Source: Eledone cirrhosa (taxonomy: Eukaryota). From it: a DNA stretch of 64,000 nt. The notes under the pieces are model-generated. The model had not been told where the DNA came from. It searched no databases and saw only the letters and a program-made list of their open reading frames with translations. The translations under genes were made by a program, and so were the position numbers. Shown piece after piece: positions 23,640 to 36,220 of the stretch. The first letter of the stretch is position 1. Every line of letters begins with the position of its first letter. The stretch spans positions 179,738,001 to 179,802,000 of the forward strand of contig OZ024742.1 of assembly GCA_964016885.1 (NCBI GenBank), given 5' to 3'.

Positions 23640-24560
23640 TGGGGGCATGGGAATACTCAGTTTGGTGGTTTGGTGTCTGAGTGCATAGTTATCCCACTGG
23701 GGGTGAAAGACCCCTACTTCTTGTTAGGACATCATTCTAGGAGAAGGAAAACTCTGATATAAAAGCTGTGACTCAATGGCAGCCAATTATGTTGACCTCT
23801 TTTTTCTTTTTGACTACCTGTCACTGTTGTTCAGAGAATGGGATTGGTCCAGTGCAAGACCTTTCTTCACTTAAAATAGCTTCAAGCACAAGCATTAGTC
23901 GAATTAAATGACTTTCACATATGTTGCAAGAGAAGAGCCTTTTCCACTACAGCATATGCATAAAGGACATCTAAGTCATTGGTAGGGATACAAAGACATG
24001 TCTATGCCACCATGTATGAGAAAAATATCAAGAGATGGCAATTCTCAAAACTGAGATGCAGCCATTATGTATGTATGTTGTGTCAGGTCACTCTCGAGTG
24101 CTACTGGTAACATGTAACCCAGTACCTGTCTCATGGTCGAGTTATTGGCATCTAAACCAGCAACCCCACCAAGCTAGCTTGGTGAAGAAGGTGATATTTG
24201 GACACCCTGCGGGATGAAATACAAGACCCAGCAAAGGGCAGAGGAACTCAGTCAACGGCCATCCAAATAGTACTTTTTTTTTTTTCACCTGGGAGTGAAA
24301 GGCCCCCAGTTGTTCTTACAACACCTTTCTAGGAGAGGGAAACTCTGAAAAAAAACCTGTGGCTTCGGAAGCATCCAATTATGTTGACCAGTTCTTCTTT
24401 TCAGGTAGTGTTTTCAATGCTCAGAAAGTGAGATTGATCGAGTGCAAGGCCTTTCCCCACTTAAAAAACCTTCAAAGCACAGGCATTGCTTGTTCAGGAT
24501 ATGTTACAGATTCGTGTGGTTGGCCGTAGCCTAAAAGTGCACCAAACTCTATAATCTGAC
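23640..24560 (+). mobile_element. Old repeat resembling RTE-type 5'UTR, internally duplicated
   Basis: 23697-23897 and 24288-24488 are diverged direct copies (GTGAAAG..CCCC..TCTAGGAGA.GGAAACTCTGA). Confidence 0.4.
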
Positions 24561-25161
24561 AAACGATTGCAATACTCTTAGCAGAGTTTTCAGCCATTAT
24601 GTATGTATTTATGTATGTATGTATATATGTAGTGTCGTGTTTGTACCAGAGTTTTCAAGTCGCTGGCTGGACTAAAAAGCCACACTCTTTCAGCGCATCG
24701 GTAGGGGTTCTCCTACATGGATATAAAGTAGTGGCCGTACTCGAAAACTAGTTGGCAACCACTGTGTATATATGTATGTATATATGTACATATGTATATA
24801 CGTATATATGTATGTATGCATTTATGTATGTATGTATTTATGAATGTATCTATGTATGCATGAAAAATGTTTTGTTTTGTCAGAGCAAATGTTTAATGTT
24901 GAATCCAACATTCAGCAGGTTCTATTCATATGAAATAGTTGTAACTAAGGTGATTGAAAATCAACAATATTGATCCATTAAAGATGTAGCTTCACTACAA
25001 GAGACACAGACAAAGTGCTATAACAACCTCACTGTATGTGAGAAGGTGAAATAATATCAGCTATGTGTGATATCTGTTTTAATGTTTTAATGCCTGGGAC
25101 TGACCAGATGCCAAATATTTAATCATATATAACAACAGTTTTCATCTTCTATATGTAGGGC

Positions 25162-25318
<157 letters not shown>

Positions 25319-25377
25319 CAGAACACACACACATATATATATATGTATATATTGTCATTATTATTAATATACGTCCC

Positions 25378-25715
25378 AAGGGCGGTGGATTGGCAGTATC
25401 GGCAGAGGGTCGGACGCCATGCTTTGACGCATAGAGTTACGGCCCTTGCCATTCTGAGTTCAAATCCCGCCGAGGTTAACTTTGCCTTTCATCCCTACGG
25501 GCTCGATAAAATAAAGTACCAGTAATGCACTGGGTAATTGCTGGTCTTGTGCCAAAAGTAGAAACAATTATTAATATACGTCCCTTTACGGTTTGAGTTC
25601 AAATCCCATCGAGGTTAACTTTGCCTTTCATCCTTACGGGGTTGATAAAATAAAGTACCAGTAATGTACTGGGTAATTGCTGGCCTTGTGCCTAAAGTAG
25701 AAACAATTATTATTA
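25378..25715 (+). mobile_element. Nested/tandem SINE-A copies
   Basis: Full copy with TSD ATTATTAATATACGTCCC inserted into a 5'-truncated copy. Confidence 0.8.
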
Positions 25716-25796
25716 ATATTAAGGCAAGGGCAGTATTGTAAGTGCAGCAGACAACCTGCTTGTGGCATATAGATATTTCCCTTTACATTCTACAGT

Positions 25797-26224
25797 GAAA
25801 GCACATGGCTTAGTGGTTAGAGCATTGGGCTTGCAATCGAAAGGTTGTGAGTTCAATACTCGGACCAGGTGATGTGTTTTTTCCTTGAGCAAGACACTTT
25901 ATTTCACAATGCTCCAGTTTACTCAGCTGTAGAAATGAGCTGATATGACTAGGGCCCCTATCATCCTTCTGCAAAGTGGTCCTGGGCACCCAGCCCACAC
26001 TGTAAAGTGGATGTGTAGGCGCCATAGAAAAAAAGCACCCAGCACTCACTGTAAATAAGGTTGGTGTTAGGAAGGGCATCCAGCTGTAGAAATCAAGCCA
26101 GAATCAGTTCCCGTATGAGCAAGACAAGGTCAGCTGACCGGACACTGCCCACAACAAGACAATCCATCTAACTCATGCTAGTGTGGAAGAACGGACGTAA
26201 AACGGTGATGATGATGATGATGAT
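25797..26224 (+). mobile_element. SINE family B with full RTE-B tail, inserted in an older SINE-A
   Basis: tRNA head, core, tail matching reverse complement of 41855-42110, (GAT)n. Confidence 0.85.
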
Positions 26225-26384
26225 TCTAAGTTCAAATCTTACAGATATTAACTTTGCCTTTCATCCTCACAGGGATCGATAAAAATAGTACCAGTAATGT
26301 ACTAGTGTGGATTTAATCGACTCTCCCTTCCCCTAAAAAATGGTTGACCCCATGCCTAAATCAGAAACCATTATTAGGACATAT

Positions 26385-26523
26385 CGACCCCGTAAGGATG
26401 AAAGGCAAAGTTAACCTCAAATCCCGCCGAGGTTAACTTTGCCTTTCATCCTTACGGGGTCGAAAAATAAAGTAGCAGTAATACATTGGGATAATTGCTG
26501 GCCTTGTGCCAAAAGTAGAAATA
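26385..26523 (+). mobile_element. 5'-truncated SINE-A with fold-back 5' end
   Basis: 35-bp perfect arms 26384-26418/26429-26463; 15-bp TSD ATTATTAGGACATAT. Confidence 0.8.
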
Positions 26524-26621
26524 ATTATTAGGACATATTTGGTGGACTGGCACATTTGTTACAGCATCAGACAAATGCTGAACAATATTTGTTCTTACTC
26601 ATTATCTTGTGAGTTCCAATC

Positions 26622-27302
26622 CTGCTTAGGTTATCTTTATCTTGTGAGTTCCAATCCTGCTTAGGTTATCTTTATCTTATGAGTTCTAATCCTGCTTATG
26701 TTATCTTTATCTTGTGAGTTCCAATCCTGCTTAGGTTATCTTTATCTTGTGAGTTCTAATCCTGCTTATGTTATCTTTATCTTGTGAGTTCCAATCCTGC
26801 TTAGGTTATCTTTATCTTGTGAGTTCCAATCCTGCTTAGGTTATCTTTATCTTATGAGTTCCAATCCTGCTTATGTTATCTTTATCTTGTGAGTTCCAAT
26901 CCTGCTTAGGTTATCTTTATCTTGTGAGTTCCAATCCTGCTTATGTTATCTTTATCTTGTGAGTTCCAATCCTGCTTATATTATCTTTATCTTGTGAGTT
27001 CCAATCCTGCTTAGGTTATCTTTATCTTGTGAGTTCCAATCCTGCTTAGGTTATCTTTATCTTGTGAGTTCCAATCCTACTTAGGTTATCTTTATCTTGT
27101 GAGTTCCAATCCTGCTTATATTATCTTTATCTTGTGAGTTCCAATCCTGCTTAGGTTATCTTTATCTTATGAGTTCCAATCCTGCTTAGGTTATCTTTAT
27201 CTTATGAGTTCCAATCCTGCTTAGGTTATCTTTATCTTATGAGTTCCAATCCTGCTTATGTTATCTTTATCTTATGAGTTCCAATCCTGCTTAGGTTATC
27301 TT
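26622..27302 (+). repeat. 35-bp minisatellite (~19 units) amplified from the B-box region of a SINE-A-like element (26540-27425)
   Basis: Unit TTATCTTGTGAGTTCCAATCCTGCTTAGGTTATCT; SINE head upstream and core TTTGCCTTTCATC.. resumes at 27301. Confidence 0.9.
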
Positions 27303-27901
27303 TGCCTTTCATCTTTCTGAGGTCAATAAAATAAAGTACCATTCAAGTACTGGGGTTGATATAATTGACTTTCCCCTCCTGTACAAAATCTCTGGCTTTG
27401 AAACAAAATAAGAAACAATTATTATTGTTAGAACATGGTATTGGAGGCATTTCTGTTCTGATTCTTCGTGTTCTGAGTTGAAATATTTCCGTATTCAATT
27501 TCATATCTACCCTCCTGGACGTGGATTTAAATGACATCCTGTTACCTCTAAAATTGCTGACTTTGTTCTTAAATTAGAAACTGTTATTATTGGTTTTATT
27601 CTAATTTTTCCTGTTTGAGGAATCAACTACATCTCAGGGAGTTTGCATAGTAATAGGCTACAGGATCAACCTAAATAATTGTTTTTAATTTTGGCACAAG
27701 GCCAGCAATTACGCAGTGCATAATTGGTGCTTTATTTTAGTAATGCACTGGATAATTGCTGGCCTTGTACCAAAAGTAAAAAACAATTGTTTATGTTGAT
27801 CCTGTAGTCTATTACTATGGAAACTCCCTGATATGTGGTTGATCAACCTAAATAATATAATGCTGTTGCTACTTTGAGGTTGAGGTTTTCCCTTTTGTAC
27901 T

Positions 27902-28176
27902 CAGTGATGTGCAGATATCTGGTGATGCTCAGGGCAAATCTTGATTGTATGCCCCAAAGACTCAAATATAAGGTCTAATATACTGAGAAATATTATGAAA
28001 AGGGAAAACATTTTGAATTTATAAACACAGATGAAACATGAAATAAACGCTTTATTCGATTTTAATATAAATCAATCAAATTTATTAAGTTCTTCCCCCC
28101 AAATGATGCCCACCCGCCCGTCCAAAGGATGCCCGGGGCCAACGCACCATAGCACCCTTTCCTCTGCATGCTACTG
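27902..28176. mobile_element. hAT-like MITE
   Basis: CAGTGATGTGCAG..CTGCATGCTACTG degenerate TIRs; 8-bp TSD TTTGTACT/TTTTTACT. Confidence 0.6.
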
Positions 28177-28289
28177 TTTTTACTTTCATTGATTTGAGAG
28201 CAAGTGGACACAGGAATAGTGAATAACTCAGAGTTGCAACATACTGAATCAGGAGCTTCAAATAAATCAATCAATCAATAGTTCACACT

Positions 28290-28560
28290 ACTTGCACAGA
28301 TTCACATGACTCTCTGTCACCATCCTATAGTTCATCATATTCAGCAGGTTAGAGGGATTGCAGTTTATGTGGTCACAAATCTGTTTGATATTGGCCTTGG
28401 TTTGTTGTCCTCTGCCAGCCTTTCCTTGTATAGGCTCTGAGAATAGAACTTCACTAACACTTTCGTCTTCGTCTCTCCAGCAATGCCATGTGAATCTGAC
28501 TGCACTTTTTGATGATGTCTGATACTAGACGAAAGTTCTCATACAATTGCTCAAACACAT
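28290..28560 (-). pseudogene. Degraded RTE/RTE-X LINE C-terminus
   Basis: EQLYENFRLVSDIIKK..WHCWRDEDESVSEVLFSEPIQGKAGRGQ. Confidence 0.55.
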
Positions 28561-29109
28561 AGATATATTTTGATAGATGTATTGTGTACAAAGGGGAAGG
28601 TTTGGTAGAAGTGATACAGTGTTTGATAAAATGGTATTACAGTATTTGTTGTGGCTCTTTATATTGTGTGTTCAAATCCTGCTGAGGTCAACATTGCATT
28701 TCAAACTTCTTGATAAAATAAAGTACCAGTAAAGTACCACAAATTCCTATCATTTCACAGAAGTTAGAAATCAACATATGTATTTTGACTCTCCTCACAG
28801 TTCACTTAAATGTATATGTGTGCATGTATACACACATGGACATATATATGTATGTGTATATATATATATCATCATCGTCATTGTTTAACATCCATTTTCC
28901 ATGCTAGCATGGGTAGGACAGGCTATCCCATTGTGAGAGATTCAGGCTGAAGGACCATGTTTTGTTCACACAGAACTAATTTTGGGTTGGTTTCTATGGC
29001 TGGATACCCTTCTTAAAGCTAACCACGTTTACAGTGTGGGCTGGATGCTTTAGTTGTGACACCTACATTTTATGTATATATATGTACACATACACACACA
29101 CATACATAA

Positions 29110-29556
29110 ATCATCATCATCATCATCACCGTTTTTATTTACGTCCATCCTTCCACGCTAGCATGGGTTAGACGGGCTGTTGTAGGCAGTGTCCAGTCGG
29201 CTGAACTTGTCTTGCTCATATGGGAACTGATTCTGGCTTGATTTCTACAGTTGGATGCCCTTCCTAACACCAACCTCATTTACAGTGAGTGCTTGGTGCT
29301 TTTTTTCCATGGCACCTACACGTCCACTTTACAGTGTGGGCTAGGTACTTTTTTGCCGCGGCACCTCCACGACCACTTTGCAGTGGAATGATAGGGACAC
29401 CAGTCCCTATCATCTCATTTCTACAGCTGAGTAAACTGGAGCAATGTGAAAATAAAGTGTCTTGCTCAAGGAAACAATACATCACCCGGTCCGAGAATTG
29501 AACTCACACCCTTTCGATTGCAAGCCCAATGCTCTAGCCACTGAGCCCTGTGCATT
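29110..29556 (-). mobile_element. SINE family B with full RTE-B tail
   Basis: Same structure as 25797-26224. Confidence 0.85.
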
Positions 29557-30042
29557 CATATATATATATATACACACACACATATATATATATAAAAGAA
29601 GGAATAAACCTAGCCGAGAGGCCTGTCAGTTTCAGCTTATATATATATGAGATAAAATACAGGTATCTGCTTTTTGTAGGCAACTTCATGCTTTTCTAAT
29701 GTAGGATAGATGTGTATATATACAAAGAGGAAAATGTGACTTACTGGTTCAGTTGTACTATACGTAGTCAATGGAACTGTTAGCATAACTACTTGGTTGA
29801 TATGAATGGTGTTACCAAGTAAGATAAAAGAGTGAACTTACCAAGTAAGATAAAAGATATGAGTAATCCATAGAGTAATATGATATATATTGGTTATTAG
29901 AAAAACATTGAAGATCAACAAATGGGCTAATAACCAATATATATCATACCCACATATATATATATATGTATATATATCATATATATCATATATATATATG
30001 TCATGTCTATATATATATAATATATATATATCTTCTATCTAT

Positions 30043-31180
30043 CTCTATATATATAACTGTTGTTGTCTGTGTGTGTGTGTCCTCATTTTTGCAAAGTCTA
30101 TACAAATCCACATTTCTACTCCGATTGACTTCAAACTTGCATTTATATATTCCTTGCTGTCTAAAGATATTAACTGCAGCTTTTATTTTTCAATTTTCTG
30201 TTGTTAAAGGGGTGTTAGGCGCCGGTTATCCATCTCTGTCGCGCTCTTATAATATCTGTCTGTATGCCTAGCTGTCTGCATTACGACATTCTGACTAACA
30301 TTGATGACGTATTATGTTCGCTATTTTCCGTTCATTGTCAAAGAACGTCTTCACGAACCAAAGTATCGTCTTCCTGTTTTCCTTCGGTTGCAACATTTTT
30401 CGAAATATTTACTTCTGCGTTTACAGATTGATATTTTTAGTTTCAGAAGATCCAGTTAAGGGTGAAAGTAATGATTCTTTGCTTAAACTTTAATCTGTTA
30501 TTTTAATATATAATATAAGTGAGGCAAGCCAGCCCAGTTGCACTGCTTGCCAATAAACATTAACCCTTTGTGCGCCATTCATCTAACTGTAGACCAACAA
30601 ATACCAACTAAACGGAGCATTGACAAGAACGATGGCGAATGAATCTTCGTGGTAAGCAGTTTCCTCCTGAGCTGTTAGTTCACGCGGGATTCTCTGCTAC
30701 ACCTTTTCGTAATAATACCAAACAACGTACTGCTGGTCACTCCTTCCTCCAAAAGCTGTACAAAGTGGACATGTGCAGATGAATCGGGTGCAAATCTACA
30801 CCAGGCCTACGCGAGAATTTGCAAGGGACTGCACCGACAGGGATAGAGAGAAAGAGTAACTTAGTGGAAAGAGTGCTAATGAACTTTTGAGGTAAGTAGC
30901 CTATGCCTTACTGCTATGACACTGGACCTTCTGCCAACTTAACCTGTGACTTTCTCTTTCACATTTACTCCAAAAGGCCAAAACAGAGGAGTATGGAAAG
31001 AAGGGGCTCAACAATATTTCTATGAACAATGCACGTAGACAGTTAAACTGTACTTTCAACTTCTTAATTTTCTCCAAATAAAACAAGTTTCCCACGCCCT
31101 TATAATATCTGTCTGTATGTCTGGCTGTCTGCATAACGACATTATGACCAACACGTCATTGCTGACGTATTATCTTTGCC
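30043..31180 (+). mobile_element. Helitron-like element with unexplained internal segment
   Basis: TCTATATATA start, CCGATT..TTCAAACTT motif and 30395-30493 shared with 18546-19179; internal motif repeated at 30245 and 31095. Confidence 0.5.
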
Positions 31181-31224
31181 ACATTCACACACACACACAT
31201 ATACATATATATACATATACCTCT

Positions 31225-31635
31225 TCATTGTCTGTGCTACTGTATGTGTCTGAGACTTGGACACTGACCAAGAAACTCATTCAGATGGTGGATGGGTGCT
31301 ACACGAGAATACTGAGGATGACTCTGAACATTAATCAGTATACACTGAGGATGAAAAACTCAGAGCTGCATGGGAGCCTCCCAAAAGTTAACTCAAAAGT
31401 GACACAGAGGAGATTGAGGTTAGCTGGACATCCAGAGTTGACACTGCACTCAGTGCTCCTGTGGGAGTCCCTGCATGGAGACACTGGAAGAGGAAGACTG
31501 AGGTTATATTAACATATGCTGATGCCCTAAGGACAGACACTGGTCTGTTGGAGATGCAGGACATGGCAGCGATAATGAGGGACAGAGACCGCTGGAGAGA
31601 ACTTGTCCATGGATCTCGGGAATTTTACCTGCCCT
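31225..31635 (+). pseudogene. RTE-X-like LINE C-terminal fragment
   Basis: VLLYVSETWTLTKK..DGCYTRILRMTLN..QRRLRLAGH..GRGR. Confidence 0.75.
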
Positions 31636-31663
31636 AGATAGATAGATACATATACACACACAG

Positions 31664-31707
<44 letters not shown>

Positions 31708-32037
31708 AAGTGGTTGAAGACTGCACAAACACATACAGCTATAACATAGTTCCTTGGGATATTCAGTGTGACACAATGAGTGAGAAAGTTGGTCCTTTGA
31801 ATCACAAGTACAACTCATTTTTTTCCAGCTGTGTGGGCTGGAGCAATGTGAAATAGGGTGTGTTAATTAAGGACACAACACACATCTTCAGGGAATTGAA
31901 CTGACAAACTTACAAAGGCAAGCTAAACATCCTAACACATCAGCCACATGCCTCAACATATACATACATACATAGCTACATGCATGCATACATATATACA
32001 TCATACATATGTATATATATATATATCATGTACACAT

Positions 32038-33777
32038 CATCATCATCATCATCATCACCGTTTTACGTCCGTTCTTCCACGCTAGCATGGGTTAGACGGG
32101 TTGTCCTGTTGTGGGCAGTGTCTGGTCGGCTGACCATGCCTTGCTCATACAGGAACTGATCTGGCTTGATTTCTACAGCTGGATGCCCTTCCTAACACCA
32201 ACCTCATTTACAGTGAGTGCTGGGTGCTTTTTCGTGGCGCCTACACGTCCACTTTACAGTGTGGGCTGGGTGCTTTTTTGCCGTGGCACCTCCACGACCA
32301 CCTTGCGGTGGGGGGGGGGGGGCATATTGTTTACATGCTTCAGCATGTACCCATGGGAGGTCGGGTACCCTGTATTACTGCGTGACGCCAGAAGTCACGG
32401 TCGTGTGTCATTGACTTTGAGAGGTGTAGTTGGGTAAGGTCGGCTTTTATCACCTCATCCCAAGTCATCTTGGGTCTCCCCACTCCGCGGTTTCCATCAA
32501 CTTCTAGTGCTCTGCACCTTTTTATGCAGCTGTCATCCTTCATACGCATCACATGTCCATACCAGCGTAACCGCCTCTCCTGCACGCAGCATTTGATTCC
32601 TCTTATGCTCAGTCTCTCTCTCAATTCCTTTATGCTTTGTCGTTCACGTATATTACTGTTACACATCCATCGGAGCATGCAGGCTTCGTTTCTCTCTAAT
32701 CTACGTAAGTCTTCCACCTTCAGCGCCCAGGTCTCACCACCATGCAACATCGCTGTTCGGATACACGCATCATACAGTCTGCCTTTCATTCTGAGGGAGA
32801 AGCCTTTTGCAGCTAGCAGTGGTAGTAGTTCCCTAAACTTCTTCCATCCCGTTCTTACCCTAGTTATTGTACTTTCTGAGCACCCACCTCCGTTGCTAAT
32901 TCGGTCACCTAGGTAGCAGAAGCTGTCTACTGTTTCTACAGGGCCCTCCCAGAGATTGGTGGTACTTGTTTCCTGTGGCTGTTTGCTTGCTGTTTCAGCA
33001 CAGCTGCTGCATGTGAATCCTACATTCTTAATTAAGCTTCCTGAGATCCCGCTACATCTCTTGTGTACCCATTGTTTGCATTTGGGGCAGAGAATGGAGT
33101 TCCTACCTACACCTTTCCTACATACTGAGCAAGGCCATTTCCCTGAGGGGATCTGGGTTCTGTTTTCTCGTCTACTTATAAGGACCTTAGTCTTTGTCAT
33201 GTTGACTTTGAGGCCCTTTCTCTCTAGTCCCTGCTTCCAGGTTTGGAATTTATTCTCTAGTTCTACCATAGATTCAGCTATGAGTGCGAGGTCATCAGCA
33301 TACAGGAGTTCCCATGGGCATCCGGTCTTAAACTCCTCCGTTATTGCCTGCAGGACTATGATGAACAGGAGAGGGCTAAGAACAGAGCCCTGGTGGACCC
33401 CAACCTGTACGCTAAATTCCTCGTTATACTCATTGCCAATCCTAACTTTGCTGACTGCTCCCCTATACATGGCTTGTACCGCTTTCACAAGCCATTCATC
33501 TACTCCTAGTTTTCTAAGAGCCCACCAGATTACTGCACGTGGAACTCTGTCAAAGGCTTTCTCAAGGTTGACAAATGCCAAGTAGAGTGGCTTACTTTTA
33601 GCTAGGTACTTTTCCTGTAATTGCCTCACAAGGAAGAGGGCATCAGTGGTGCCTTTCCCTGGTACAAACCCAAATTGCATCTCGTCTATATTCACCCGGT
33701 CCCTAATCAGCTGTGCTATAACTCTTTCTGTTACTTTCATGACCTGGTCCATCAACTTTATACCTCTATAGTTTCCT
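32038..33777 (-). mobile_element. RTE LINE family B, 5'-truncated
   Basis: Open 471-aa RT + PHD-like finger ORF (32340-33755), distinct 3'UTR, (GAT)n tail. Confidence 0.95.
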
Positions 33778-33969
33778 CAGATATATTTTTATGTGTATAT
33801 TTATATATAAGTATATGCGCATATATATATATGTCTATATGTATATGTATATATATGTGTGTGTATATGTATATCTGTATATATATATATGTGTACATGA
33901 TATATATATATATACATATGTATGATGTATATATGTATGCATGCATGTAGCTATGTATGTATGTATATG

Positions 33970-34320
33970 TTGAGGCATGTGGCTGATGTGTTAGGATGTT
34001 TAACTTGCCTTTGTAAGTTTGTCAGTTCAATTCCCCGAAGATGTGTGTTGTGTCCTTAATTAACACACCCTATTTCACATTGCTCCAGCCCACGCAGCTG
34101 GAAAAAAATGAGTTGTACTTGTGATTCAAAGGACCAACTTTCTCACTCATTGTGTCACACTGAATATCCCAAGGAACTATGTTATAGCTGTATGTGTTTG
34201 TGCAGTCTTCAGCCACTTGTACATTAATTTCATACGTAGGCCGTTGTTCAAACAATTGTAACACATTACTGGAATTGATGGAAATTTCCATACATCAACA
34301 ACATCATCATCATTACCATC
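33970..34320 (+). mobile_element. Old tRNA-derived SINE (family C); inverted copy at 31708-31955, relative at 40950-41270
   Basis: GAGGCATGTGGCT..GTTCAATTCC..TGTGTCCTT..ATTTCACATTGCTCCAG. Confidence 0.7.
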
Positions 34321-34334
34321 TGCTTTTCCATACT

Positions 34335-34386
<52 letters not shown>

Positions 34387-35014
34387 GTGCACTAGCAGTC
34401 AAAGTGTATGATAAAGTTACACATAATATTTATGCATATATAACGTTATCATATATACATCCTCGTCATCATCATCATCATCATCATCATTTAACACGCT
34501 ATCTTCCACGCTAGCATGGGTTACACGGGAATTGTCCCATTTGAGGTAAGATTGGTTGAGTGACCGTGTCTCACTCGTATAGGACTATCTGGCAGGTTTT
34601 CTACGGTTGGATGCCCTTCCTAACACCAACCACATTTATAGTGTGGACTGGGAACTTTTTACTGTGTTACCTACCTGACCACATTACAGCATGGATTGTT
34701 TTTCTTTTCTTTTTTCCCTTCTCTCTTTCCTTCTTTTTTTTTATATATATAAAATTATTCTGAGTAATTAGTGTTGGTTGATCAAGCAATCAACTGACTG
34801 GTTTAATCAGATGTAATTATTTGTAGCTGGACAGTAAACATAAAGTTCCATACTATGGCGAGCATATGAACAACAAAATAACATTATATTTAAATACCTG
34901 TTTCATGACAATACTTCAAATAAGTGTTACACAAAAATTTTGATGTCTTCAAAATGTGCATAACAGGATGTTGTATTAAACTGAAGATGTATATGTGATA
35001 TCATCTTTCTTCCT

Positions 35015-35071
<57 letters not shown>

Positions 35072-35074
35072 TCT

Positions 35075-36008
35075 GGCTATGGAAACAGCAGTTGGAATCA
35101 AGAGGGCTGAGAGTGAACCTAGCTAAGACAAAAGTGTTGATGAGTAGAAAAGAGGACAAAACTCTGATTCCGTCAGGGAAATGGCCATGTTTGATATGCA
35201 GAAAAGGAACTGGCTATAAAATCTACACAATGCAGATCTTGGGTACACAAGGAATGTAGTGGGATAGCAGGCAAACTAACAGGTAGGGAGAAATACGTAT
35301 GCAGTAGATGTACAGGGAAATTTGACAGTAGAAGTCGCATTGATAGACAGATTTTTCAAATGCAGGTGGGTGCTATAGAAGTGGTTGATAGCTTCCGCTA
35401 CCTAGGTGATTGATCAAATTAGCATGGGGGGGGGGGTGTTCCGAGGCCATAGTATCTAGAATAAGGACAGGTTGGAAGAAGTTTAGGGAGCTGCTTCTTC
35501 TGCTGACGAAGAAGGGTTTCTCCCTGCGTACGAAAGGTCGATTATATGATGCCTGTGTGAGGAGCGCAATGCTGCATGGTTGTGAGACATGGGCAGCAAC
35601 TGCAGAGGATATGTGACGGCTGGAGAGAAATGAGGCAAGCATGCTCTGTTGGATGTGCAATGTCAATGTGCGTGAACGACCGAGCATGGATATGTTGAGA
35701 GAGAAAATGTGTCTGAGAGGGATAAATTGTAGTGTGCGGGAGAAGAAACTGCGATGGACATGTGATGCGCATGGAGGATGACCGATAGAGTGAAGAAGTG
35801 CCAAGAAATGCCAGTTGAAGGAAGACGTCGTAGAAGAAGACGACGAAAAAGATGGGCGGAGGTGGTGAGAGCAGACCTCATATCGTTGAAGCTCACGGTG
35901 GAGATGACGAAGGACTGTGACAAGTGGAGAGATGTTGTGCTGAATAGAACCCGTCCCACCCTTGCAAGCAGGGAAAAGTGGACGTAAAATGATGATGATG
36001 ATGATGAT
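35075..36008 (+). mobile_element. RTE LINE family C, 3' part, degraded
   Basis: GGGCSEAIVSRIRTGWKKFREL..; end CCCTTGCAAGCAGGG..GGACGTAAAA(TGA)n. Confidence 0.9.
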
Positions 36009-36017
36009 ATATATATA

Positions 36018-36220
36018 TATCATCATCATCGTTTAAACGTCTATCTTTCCCGCTAGCATGGGTTAGACGGGAATTGTCCCACTTGAGACAAGACTGATTG
36101 GGTGACCATGTCTCACTCATATAGGACTATCTGGCAGGCTTTCTATGGCTAGATGCCCTTCCTAACACCAACCACATTTACAGTGTGAATTGGGAACTTT
36201 TTACCGTGTTACCTACATAT
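36018..36220 (-). mobile_element. RTE-A-related 3'UTR fragment (similar one at 34465-34700)
   Basis: GATGCCCTTCCTAACACCAACC motif, (CAT)n. Confidence 0.75.

Noticed and set aside
25797-25870. tRNA genes at SINE heads (also 15715-15788, 39950-40023)
   Set aside because: No closed acceptor stem; they continue into SINE core and LINE tail.
26622-27302. CRISPR-like 35-bp periodic array
   Set aside because: Units are contiguous with no unique spacers, derive from a SINE, and there are no cas genes; context is eukaryotic.
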